Shown here piece by piece: positions 52,797 to 64,000 of a stretch of 64,000 bases of DNA (position 1 is its first letter; every line of letters begins with the position of its first letter). The DNA is from Eledone cirrhosa (taxonomy: Eukaryota), in contig OZ024743.1 in NCBI GenBank assembly GCA_964016885.1, positions 240,498,001 through 240,562,000 of the forward strand. Reading direction: 5' to 3'. The notes under the pieces are model-generated. The model did no database searches. It saw only the letters and a list, made by a program, of their open reading frames with translations, and was not told where the DNA came from. The translations under genes and the position numbers were made by a program.

Positions 52797-53182
52797 AGGT
52801 GTATGTGTATGCATGTGTTTATCAGTATGTATATGCATGTATGGGCATAGGTATATGTGTGCGTGTGTGTGTGTATGCATGTAAGTGTGTATGTGTATGT
52901 AAGTATGTATGTGTATATGTATGTAAGATTGAAGACAGCCATAAAATATATCTGTACGTGTGTATGTATGTATGGGCGTAGGTATATACGTATGTGTGGG
53001 TATATTTTCTTTACTTAATCTATATCAATATTAGTTTGTTTGTTTGTTTTTTATACTGTTGCTGTTATTGTTTTGTTATGTAATATCTTGTGCAATATTG
53101 TTTTAAAGATATTTTATATTTTAAATATTAGAGATTGTTGCATTGATATAAAGAAGAAAACGAGATAACAGAAACGACATCA

Positions 53183-54380
53183 GTCTGTGTGTGTATGTGT
53201 GTGTATGTGTGTGTATGCATATGTGTGTCTGTAAATTGGTTTCTGTGTGTCTGTGTGTGGTCCATCTGTGTGTGTGTATGTGGGTGTATGTGGGTGTATG
53301 CATATGTGTGTCTGTAAATTGGTCTGTGTGTTTGTGTGTGGTCCATCTGTGTGTGTGTGTGTGTCTGCATGCATATGTGTGTCTGTAAATTGGTCTGTGT
53401 GTTTGTGTGTGGTTCATCTGTGTGTGTGTGTGTATGTGTGTGTATGCATATATGTGTCTGTAAATTGGTTTCTGTGTGTTTGTGTGTGGTCCATCTGTGT
53501 GTGTGTGTGTGTATGTGTGTGTATGCATATGTGTGTCTGTAAATTGGTTTCTGTGTGTTTGTGTGTGGTCCATCTGTGTGTGTGTGTATGTGTCTGCATG
53601 CATATGTGTGTCTGTAAATTGGTCTGTGTGTGTTTGTGTGTGGTCCATCTGTGTGTGTGTGTATGTGTCTGCATGCATATGTGTGTCTGTAAATTGGTCT
53701 GTGTGTGTTTGTGTGTGGTCCATCTGTGTGTGTGTGTGTATGTGTGTGTATGCATATGTGTGTCTGTAAATTGGTCTGTGTGTTTGTGTGTGGTCCATCT
53801 GTGTGTGTCTATGTGTGTGTATGCATATATGTGTCTGTAAATTGGTCTGTGTGTGTTTGTGTGTGGTCCATCTGTGTGTGGGTGTGTATGTGTGTGTATG
53901 CATATGTGTGTCTGTAAATTGGTTTCTGTGTGTTTGTGTGTGGTTCATCTGTGTGTGTGTGTATGTGTGTGTATGCATATGTGTATCTGTAAATTGGTCT
54001 GTGTGTGTGTGTGTATGTGTTTGCATGCATATGTGTGTCTGTAAATTGGTCTGTGTGTTTGTGTGTGGTCCATCTGTGTGTGTGTGTGTATGTGTCTGCA
54101 TGCATATGTGTGTCTGTAAATTGGTCTGCGTGTTTGTGTGTGGTCCATCTGTGTGTGTGTGTATGTGTGTGCATGCATATGTGTGTCTGTAAATTGGTCT
54201 GTGTGTTTGTGTGTGGTCCATCTGTGTGTGTGTATGTATGCATATGTGTGTCTGTAAATTGGTCTGTGTGTTTGTGTGTGGTCCATCTCTGTGTGTGTGT
54301 GTGTATGTGTCTGCATGCATATGTGTGTCTGTAAATTGGTCTGTGTGTTTGTGTGTGGTCCATCTGTGTGTGTGTGTGTA
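53183..54380. repeat. About 65-72 bp satellite (GCATATGTGTGTCTGTAAATTGGTCTGTG...GGTCCATCTG(TG)n)
   Basis: About 18 units with a conserved CTGTAAATTGGT core and variable (TG)n. Confidence 0.95.
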
Positions 54381-54481
54381 TGATTGTCTATACCTGTATG
54401 TGTGCAGTGCACCACAGTAAATATCTGTAACAAGATATCATATTGTTTGTTTGTGTGCATAATTATAATATATATGTAAGT

Positions 54482-54979
54482 AAAAACCTACTACAGTCAG
54501 TAGGCACCTCTATCAAAACACACCCCCGTCCCACCACCTCCACCCCACCCACACCGCCCCTTTCAATGTAAAGTTATGTTGGTCCCACAACATCCAGGCC
54601 GAAACAAATGAGATCGTGTAGGTGTCACGACAAAAAACACACAGTCCACGCTGTAAATGTGGCCGTGTAGGCAACACGGTAAAAACCTCCCAGCCCCACA
54701 CTGTAAATGTGGTTGGTGTTAGGAAGGGCATCCAGCTGTAGAAAACCAGCCAGACAGTCCACGCTGTAATGTGGCCGTGTAGGCAACACGGTAAAAACCT
54801 CCCAGCCCCACACTGTAAATGTGGTTGGTGTTAGGAAGGGCATCCAACTGTAGAAAACCCGCCAGACAGTCCTATGCGAGCAAGACAACCACTCTTGCCT
54901 CAAGTGGGAAAACCCCCGTCCAAACCCATGCAAGCGTGGAACACGGACGCTAAACCTGATGATGATGATGATGATGATG
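54482..54979 (+). mobile_element. Young RTE 3' UTR fragment, longer sister of 41052-41460
   Basis: Begins CTACAGTCAGTAGGCACCTC as in the UTR of the 6938-8196 RTE, has the same internal duplication, and ends in (GAT)n. Confidence 0.9.
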
Positions 54980-55311
54980 TGTGTGTATGATGTGTGTATG
55001 TATGTGTATGTGTCTATATAAATCTCCATGTTTGTAGGTGTGTATTTATGTGTGATGTGTGTGTCTATGGGTGTACATGTATGTGTATCTGTGCTTGTAT
55101 ACATATGTGTGTATAATTATAATATATATATATATGCATGTGTTTGATGTGTGTATGTATGTGTATGTATCTACATGAATCCCTATGTATGTAAAGGTGT
55201 ATATGTGTGTGGTGTGTGTGTCTATGGGTGTCTCATGTATGTCTGTGCTTCTATACATATGTCTGTGTGCAGTGTATTGCATATGTGTTTGTTGTCTGTG
55301 TGAGTTTCAAT

Positions 55312-58300
55312 TGTATGATATAGGATATGTCATGTGTGTGTGTATGATATAGGATATGTCATGTGTGTGTGTATGATATAGGATATGTCATGTGTGTGTG
55401 TATGATATAGGATATGTCATGTGTGTGTGTATGATATAGGATATGTCATGTGTGTGTGTGTGATATAGGATATGTCATGTGTGTGTGTGTGTGTGATATA
55501 TGATTTGCCATGTGTGTGTGTGATATGATTTGCCATGTGTGTGTGTGCATGATATGTATGATATACCATGTGTGTATGTGTATGATATGTATGATATACC
55601 ATGTATGTGTGTGTGTATGATATGCCATGTGTGTGTGTATGATATGCCATGTGTGTGTGTATATGATATGTATGATATACCATGTGTGTGTGTGTGTATA
55701 TGTATGATATGCCATGTGTGTATGTGTATGATATGTATGATATACCATGTGTGTGTGTGTGTGTGTATGATATGCATGATATGCCATGTGTGTATGTGTA
55801 TGATATGTATGATATACCATGTGTATGTGTATGTTAAATGATATGCCATGTGTGTGTGTATGATATGTATGGTATACCATATGTGTGTGTATGATATGTA
55901 TGATATGCCATGTGTGTGTGTATGTTATATGATATGTCATGTGTGTGTATGTATGATATGTATGATATGCCATGTCTGTGTGTGTATGATATGTATGATA
56001 TGCCATGTGTGTATGTGTATGATATGTATGATATACCATGTGTGTGTGTGTGTATGATATGTATGATATGCCATGTGTGTGTGTATGATATGTATGATAT
56101 ACCATGTGTGTATATGTATGTTATATGATATGCCATGTGTGTGTGTATGATATGTATGATATACCATGTGTGTGTGTGTGTATGATATGCCATGTGTGTG
56201 TGTATGATATGTATGATATACCATGTGTGTGTGTGTGTATGATATGTATGATATGCCATGTGTGTGTGTATGATATGTATGTGTGTGTGTATATGTATGA
56301 TATACCATGTGTGCATGTGTATGTTATATGATATGTCATGTGTGTGTGTGTATGATATGTATGATATGCCATGTGTGTGTGTGTATGATATGTATGATAT
56401 GCCATGTGTGTATGTGTATGATATATATGATTTGCCATGTGTGTGTGTGTATGATATGTATGATATGCCATGTGTGTATGTGTATATGTATGATATGCCA
56501 TGTGTGTGTGTGTGTATGATATGTATGATATACCATGTGTGCATGTGTATGTTATATGATATGCCATATATGTGTGTGTATGATATGTATGATATGCCAT
56601 GTATGTGTGTGTGTGTATGATATGTATGATATACCATGTGTGTATGTGTATGTTATATGATATGCCATGTGTGTGTGTATGATATGTATGATATACCATG
56701 TGTGTGTGTATGATATGTATGATATACCATGTGTGCATGTGTATGTTATATATGTCATGTCTGCGTGTGTATGATATGTATGATATGTCATGTGTGTGTG
56801 TGTATGTTGTATGATATGCCATGTGTGTGTGTATGATATGTATGATATACCGTGTGTGTGTATGATATGTATGATATACCATGTGTGCAAGTTTATGTTA
56901 TATGATATGCCATGTGTGTATGTGTATGATATGCCATGTGTGTATGTGTATGTTGTATGATATGCCACGTGTGTGTGTGTGTATGATATGTATGATATAC
57001 CATGTGTGTGTGTGTGTGTATGATATACCATGTGTGTACGTGTATGTTATATGATATGCCATGCGTGTGTGTGTGTGTGTGATTATATGTATGATATGCC
57101 ATGTGCGTGTGTATGATATGTATGATATACCATGTGTGTGTGTGTATGATATGTATGATATACCATGTGTGCATGTGTATGTTATATGATATACCATGTG
57201 TGTGTGTGTATGATATGTATGATATGACGTGTGTGTGTGTGTGTATGATATGCCATGTGTGTGTGTGTATGATATGTATGATATACCATGTGTGTGTATG
57301 ATATGTATGATATACCATGTATGTATGTGTATGATATATGATATGCCATGTGTGTGTGTGTATGATATGTATGATATGCTATGTGTGTGTGTGTATGATA
57401 TGTATGATATACCATGTGTGTGTACGATATGTATGATATGCCATGTGTGTGTGTATGATATGTATGATATGCCATGTGTGTGTGTATGATATGTATGATA
57501 TGCCATGTGTGTGTGTGTATGTTATATGATATGCCATGTATGTGTGTGTATGATATGTATGATATGCCATGTGTGTGTGTGTGTATGATATGTATGATAT
57601 ACCATGTGTGTGTGTATGATATGTATGATATGCCATGTGTGTGTGTATGTTATATGATATACCATGTGTGTATGTGTATGTTATATGATATACCATGTGT
57701 GTATGTGTATGATATGTATGATATACCATGTGTGTATGTGTATGATATGTATGATATACCATGTGTGTATGTGTATGATATGTATGATATACCATGTGTG
57801 GATATGTATGATATGCCATGTGTGTATGTGTGTGATATATGATATGCCATGTGTGTATGTGTATGATATATATGATATGCCACGTGTGTATGTGTATGAT
57901 ATGTATGATATACCATGTGTGTATGTGTATGATATGTATGATATGAAATGTGTGTATGTGTATCATATATATGATATGCCATGTGTGTATGTGTATGATA
58001 TGTATGATATACCATGTGTGTATATGTATGATATGTATGATATACCATGTGTCTATGTGTATGATATGCCATGTGTGTGTGTATGATATGTATGTGTGTG
58101 TGTATGATATGTATGATATACCATGTGTGCATGTGTATGTTATATGATATGTCGTGTGTGTGTGTATGATATGTATGATATGCCATGTGTGTGTGTGTAT
58201 GATATGTATGATATGCCATGTGTGTATGTGTATGATATATATGATTTGCCATGTGTGTGTGTATGATATGTATGATATGCCATGTGTGTATGTGTATGAT

Positions 58301-59420
58301 ATGTATGATATGCCATGTGTGTGTGTGTGTATGATATGTATGATATACCATGTGTGCATGTGTATGTTATATGATATGCCATGTATGTGTGTGTATGATA
58401 TGTATGATATGCCATGTATGTGTGTGTGTGTGTATGATATGTATGATATACCATGTGTGCATGTGTATGTTATATATGTCATGTCTGCGTGTGTATGATA
58501 TGTATATGTCATGTGTGTGTGTGTATGTTGTATGATATGCCATGTGTGTGTGTATGATATGTATGATATACCGTGTGTGTGTATGATATGTATGATATAC
58601 CATGTGTGCATGTGTATGTTATATGATATGCCATGTGTGTATGTGTATGATATGTATGATATGCCATGTGTGTATGTGTATGATATGTATGATATACCAT
58701 GTGTGCATGTGTATGTTATATGATATGCCACGTGTGTGTGTGTATGATATGTATGATATACCATGTGTGTGTATGATATACCATGTGTGTACATGTATGT
58801 TATATGATATGCCATGTGTGTGTGTGTGTGATTATATGTATGATATGCCATGTGCGTGTGTATGATATGTATGATATACCATGTGTGTGTGTGTATGATA
58901 TGTATGATATACCATGTGTGCATGTGTATGTTATATGATATACCATGTGTGTGTGTGTATGATATGCCATGTGTGTGTGTGTATGATATGTATGATATAC
59001 CATGTGTGTGTATGATATGTATGATATACCATGTATGTGTGTGTATGATATATGATATGCCATGTGTGTGTGTGTATGTGTGTGATATATGATATGCCAT
59101 GTGTGTATGTGTATGATATATATGATATGCCACGTGTGTATGTGTATGATATGTATGATATACCATGTGTGTATGTGTATGATATGTATGATATGCCATG
59201 TGTGTATGTGTATGATATATATGATATGCCACGTGTGTATGTGTATGATATGTATGATATGCCATGTGTGTATGTGTATGATATGTATGATATACCATGT
59301 GTGTATATGTATGATATGTATGATATACCATGTGTGTATGTGTATGATATGTATGATATGCCATGTGTGTATGATCTGCCATGTGTGTGTGTGTGTATGA
59401 TAGGATATGCCATTTGTGTA
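55312..59420. repeat. 4.1-kb microsatellite-derived satellite, unit about 25-35 bp: (TG)nTATGATATGTATGATATRCCA
   Basis: Direct reading. Variant blocks recur, for example GTCATGTCTGCGTGTG at about 56754 and 58478. Confidence 0.95.
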
Positions 59421-60022
59421 TAATATGTGTATGGGCTTATATTGTATATTGTATGATTTGCCGTCTGTATGCATGATCAGTGTATACATGTATGTGTTTA
59501 TGTTGTATATCATATGATTTGTCATGTGTTTGTGTGTGTGTGTGTGTAATCAGTGTATACATGTATGTGTTTAAATTGTATATCATATGATTTATCATGT
59601 GTATGTGTATGATGTCTGTATGTATGTGCTTATGTTGTATATCATATGATTAGTCATTGTTGAATGTGTGTGTAATCTGTGTTTGCATGTATGTAGTTAT
59701 ATTTTATATCATACGGGGGCATATATAGCCAAGTGGTTAAGGAGTTTGCTCGACAATCATGAAGACCTAGGTTCAATCTCTCTACCTGGCAAGTATGTTA
59801 CCTTAGCTATAAACAGATATTGGTACTAAGACCAAATTCAGTCAGACAATGTGAACAACTAATGATAAACAGATATTGGTACTAAGACCAAACGATCTGA
59901 TAGTATGAACACATTGATCAATGAGATTCATATAGATCATTAATTCAAAAATTGTAGAAAGAAAAAAAAGTTACTGGTACAAGGACCAAATACAGCCAGT
60001 CAACGTGGACCAATACCAGTTC

Positions 60023-60220
60023 TAAGATCAAATACAGTCAGTCAGTGTAATATTAAGCAATAAGATCAAATACAGTCAGTCAGTGTAATATTAAGCAATA
60101 AGATCAAATACAGTCAGTCAGTGTAATATTAAGCAATAAGATGAAATACAGTCAGTCAGTGTAATATTAAGCAATAAGATCAAATACAGTCAGTCAGTGT
60201 AAATATATTGAGCAATAAGA
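60023..60220. repeat. 38-bp tandem repeat x5, bracketed by about 47-bp direct repeats
   Basis: Unit TAAGATCAAATACAGTCAGTCAGTGTAATATTAAGCAA. GATTCATA.AGATCATTAA.TC.AAAAT.GTAGAAAGAAAAAAAAGT occurs at about 59924 and 60219. Confidence 0.9.
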
Positions 60221-62229
60221 TTCATACAGATCATTAAGTCCAAAATGGTAGAAAGAAAAAAAAGTGTTTTCATAAACAAAAACTGATTTTAATTTTAATT
60301 GAAAAAAAAACTATATGAATTCAGAATCAGCAAATTTTCTGCCTGAGATTGCAAAATTTAACCTAGATTGGAAGTCCCTACACTAAATATATATGGGTCT
60401 GTAGAATACTCAACCATTTATATTCTAGTTCAATAAATAGCAAGTTTAGTTAATTATCATCATCATCATCATTATTTTACATTTGCCTTCCATGCTGGCA
60501 AGGGTTGGATGGGTTGTCATGGAATGAGTGCAGATGGTTTGGAGCAACCTCATTTTGCAGACACATTCGATATTTGACATGGTCCCTCCAGCTGGATGCT
60601 ATTCCTAACACTAACCACCTTACCGGGTGTACTAGGTGCATTTTTTGTGACACTGGCAATATCACTTTACAGGGAGTATTGGGTGATGACATTAACTATT
60701 TGCAAAGTGAAATGGTGCATGTTATCATGACATCAACACTAACATTTTACAGGGTGTAGTTTGTGTATTTTATCCAAGCATCAGTACTAGAGAGATTGTC
60801 ACATGCTAGGCCAGACTGACATTGTCTCCATTCAATTGCCTCTCACTAGATTTACCTTTAGTGTCAGTGTTTGTATTAGTGAGTGGGTCTTTTTTATTAT
60901 TCACTTCATTGATAGGAGATCATGATTTGTAGAGTTATGTTGAAAAGAGGGAGATATTTGAAAGGGATACATTGGTAAATTACCAGTTGATGGTGGGTCA
61001 GATGTTCTAATTTCATTGTTAATATTTTGTTAATATTTTGTTGCAAAAGTTGGATCTGTGGAGTCCCATCAACGACTTCATACAAATCAGGTAGTGTTGC
61101 ATAGCTGGATGCCCTTCCTGGTGCTAACCTTTTTAATCACTTCTGCTGACACAAGGGTACAGCATACTTATTCTAAACTAGATATACAGATAAAAGTATA
61201 AGAGAAAAGAAAAGGAGCATAAGTAAAATAAAATAAAATAGATAACTGTTTTTCAGTATTTGCTCTAGCTCTCTGGGCTCTGTTTGGATCACTTACATAT
61301 CCATAACCAATATTTCATATTGAGATAGTTAGGATTAAAGGAATATATATATTTTTCTTCTCCTTCAAATATTCAAAGGAAAAAGGAAACCAAAAATAAA
61401 GAAACAACAATAAAAATACAAAGAAGCCACATCTGCAGCATATCTCAACTACATATCACTGTCAAAATAGCAGAAGCATTGCCATGAAGAAGAGTCAATG
61501 GTATCTACTATATCAGTCAGTCCACCTCTGAGTGTGGTTGAAGCTACTTACACTATTACTGATGTGACATTCTTCTGACAGCAATGTCACATCAGTTCAT
61601 CTCTACTGTTACTAAATTACATAAGTGTTTCCCAAACTTATTTTCTCACGGAACCCATATACAAATTTTCCCCAAAGTTGCAGAATCCATACCTATATTT
61701 TATGAATAATTTTCCGTTTTTTTAATAAAATACACCCACTACGCTAAGTAAAATGTTAGTGCTGCGCCCACAAAAAATTAGCCACACCGAGTTCACTCAG
61801 TAATCTGGTAGCAATAGTGCTTTCTTTATTAACCACAAGGGTTGAGATAAAATATAACATTAAGGACAGCACAGGACAATATAAATGGGTATTTCTGCAT
61901 GTAAAAAAAAATTTTTTTAAATTACATGTATAAAAAAGAAACAAAGAAAAATTCCGAGGGCCACTCCTGGAGAAAGCCCACAGAAAAGCCACGGTTACCC
62001 TGACCACTAGGGTAAGCGCCCTCTTCCAGTCTTCCTCCTACAATATTACAGGCACATGCTCAGGGCAGGCCCATTCACATGGGCCATTCTTGCCTCTCAC
62101 ACCCACCTTTCAACAAACTAGCTGGAAGGTAGCACTTCCCTCTCCACCCTGATTTACCTTTCCAGGTGAAACCTGAAAAAGTTAATGAGAGCGTCACCGA
62201 AGAGGAAAGTGCCCGTCTTCAGTAATAAT

Positions 62230-62408
62230 TGTTTCTACTTTAGGCACAAGGCCAGCAATTATCCAGTGCATTACTGGTACTTTATTTTATCGACCCCGTA
62301 AGGATGAAAGGCAAAGTCAACCTCAGTGGGATTTGAACTCAGATCGTAAAAGGATGTAACTATGCTGGAAAGCATGGTGTCGAACCCTCTACCGATACTG
62401 CAAATCCA
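62230..62408 (-). mobile_element. Family-A SINE with 17-bp flanking duplication
   Basis: CCGTCTTCAGTAATAAT at 62213-62229 and 62409-62425. Confidence 0.85.
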
Positions 62409-62716
62409 CCGTCTTCAGTAATAATACCACAAAAACGCACCTGTAATGTGGCAGGGGTTAGGAAGGGTATCCAACCATTGATTTTGAAGAGCTGTACAAA
62501 ATTGTACTGTTTTTTTACCAACAGATTCATTGTATACAGTGCTCTGGTATGTTTCTTGGCTGTGATGATTAAAACAAAGTAAATCACTCTTCTCTTGAAG
62601 GTAGTGTGCCAATATATTTGAAAACCGGGTGTTCTTAGATGAGAATCTAAATGGGAGTTGATGACTATATTAGACAGGGCTAGTTTCCGTCACAGAGACA
62701 TGACAACCTTCCGTCA

Positions 62717-62801
62717 TGTGTTGAAATAGATATTGTTATATTTTGCCCACAACCACCACCACCAAAATAAAAACACATGCACTAGTTGAATTTCACTTCA
62801 G

Positions 62802-62810
<9 letters not shown>
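62717..62810 (-). mobile_element. Fragment of H2 PLE tail
   Basis: Minus strand TGAAGTGAAATTCAACTAGTGCATGTGTTTTTATT...ATAACAATATCTATTTCAACACA matches 40916-40994. Confidence 0.65.
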
Positions 62811-62838
<28 letters not shown>

Positions 62839-63087
62839 TGTTGTTATCAATCAGGTAATTAATCCATTAATCAGTTGATTAATCAACTGATTAATTAATC
62901 ATCAAAGTTCTTTCATCACAGCCTGAAAGCAGACAGATAGTAGACATGGAATAAGTGTAGATGAAGAAGCAATGTAGAGAGCAAAAGTCTTTGATAAGGT
63001 TGCAGACAGTGATGAAAGAAGTTTGACAAAGAATTAATTAGTTATTTAACCAACTGATTAATGAATTTATAACCTGATTAATAATAA

Positions 63088-63435
63088 TGATTTCTAAGTT
63101 AGGCAAAAGGCTAATGATTTGTGGGGAGGAGAAAGTCTATTATATCAACCTCAGAAGGATGAAAGGCAAAGTTGACCTTGGAAGGTCTTGAACTCAACAT
63201 GGTATTTCATCTGACATCCTACAAATTCTGCCAATCCACCACCCTCACACGATTCATAATAATTTTCTACTTTTGGCACAAGGCCAGCAATTACCCAGTG
63301 CATTACTGATACTTTATTTTATCGATCACGTAAAGGTGAAAGGCAAAGTTAACCTCGGCGGGATTTGAACTCAGAATGGCAAGGGCCGTAAGTCAAAGCA
63401 TGGCGTCCGACCCTCTACCGATACTGCCAATCAAC
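63088..63435 (-). mobile_element. Two tandem family-A SINEs
   Basis: Same motifs as the reference copy. Confidence 0.8.
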
Positions 63436-63688
63436 CAGTGCCAATATTTTGATTGGCAACATAACCCTCCAAAATTGCAACAATTAATGTTGTTGTCACA
63501 ATAAAATTCACACACTGTAAAGTGGTTTATGATAGGAAGGGCATCCAGCTATAAAAACCATAACAAAATATAACCAATTAACATGGCCTGGTTTTCAAAC
63601 CAGTCTAGTCTCAGAGCATGTGACCCAGCCAACCCTTGCTAACAGGAAAAGCAGATGTTAACCAATGAAGTTGATGATTTTATATATA

Positions 63689-63901
63689 TAACGAAGGAAG
63701 TGTGGTAAGGAACCAGGTGGACCATAACGCACCAGAGTACTCAATACTTTGGGTAGTAGAATGGGTAATAGGAAAAGAGTCAGGACCCCGACGACAGAGC
63801 TCAAGTGGTTTCGACGGCTATTTCTGGACCCAGAATGCTGGTCCAGAAATAGCCGTCGAAACGGCTTGAGCTCTGCCGTCGGGTCCTGACTCTTTTCCTA
63901 T
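63689..63901 (-). mobile_element. Palindromic family P element, second full copy (about 63-bp arms plus 80-bp tail) in (TA)n
   Basis: Inverted repeat 63768-63830 / 63840-63901 with a few mismatches. The tail is homologous to 29721-29800. Confidence 0.85.
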
Positions 63902-64000
63902 ATATATATAATATTGAAATGGCTTCTACAGGACTAGAACTGTTTCATTCGGGAGAAATCATCATTATACATCATTATGCTATGTATTGAGTACCTAACT

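Noticed and set aside
53183-54380. CRISPR-like regular repeats (also 60023-60220)
   Set aside because: The intervening sequence is repeated or is (TG)n rather than unique spacers. No cas genes, and the context is eukaryotic.
51805-59525. His/Thr/Tyr- or Cys/Val-rich ORFs up to 667 aa
   Set aside because: Open in several frames and on both strands because the satellites lack stops. No protein-like complexity.

Overview
AT-rich, microsatellite-dense animal genomic DNA. The SINE and RTE repertoire resembles octopod cephalopods; that is an inference from recalled repeat motifs, not a database result. There are no intact host ORFs, and almost all ORF-track entries are translations of (TA)n, (CA)n or satellite DNA. 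One credible host exon lies on the minus strand (27221-27329): ATG, a 26-codon signal-peptide-like sequence and a phase-1 GT donor, so much of the window is probably intron. The rest is TE debris. It includes three RTE LINE copies carrying a PHD-like finger, a twin-primed RTE, Tx1/L1-, CRE- and R4-type fragments, a Tc1 remnant, piggyBac-, hAT- and pogo-type MITEs, more than 25 tRNA-derived SINE copies, and about 9 kb of satellites at 50-60 kb. The most interesting signal is a set of Penelope-like element (PLE) relics, mostly next to (TA)n or (CA)n. One has a GIY-YIG endonuclease ORF. At least five unrelated type-I hammerhead ribozyme sequence families occur, three or four copies with intact cores, clustered at 21.5-33.6 kb. 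Several PLE relics share a fold-back architecture that uses two alternative 3' ends. Two RTE subfamilies also carry a SINE central domain inside their own 3' UTR.
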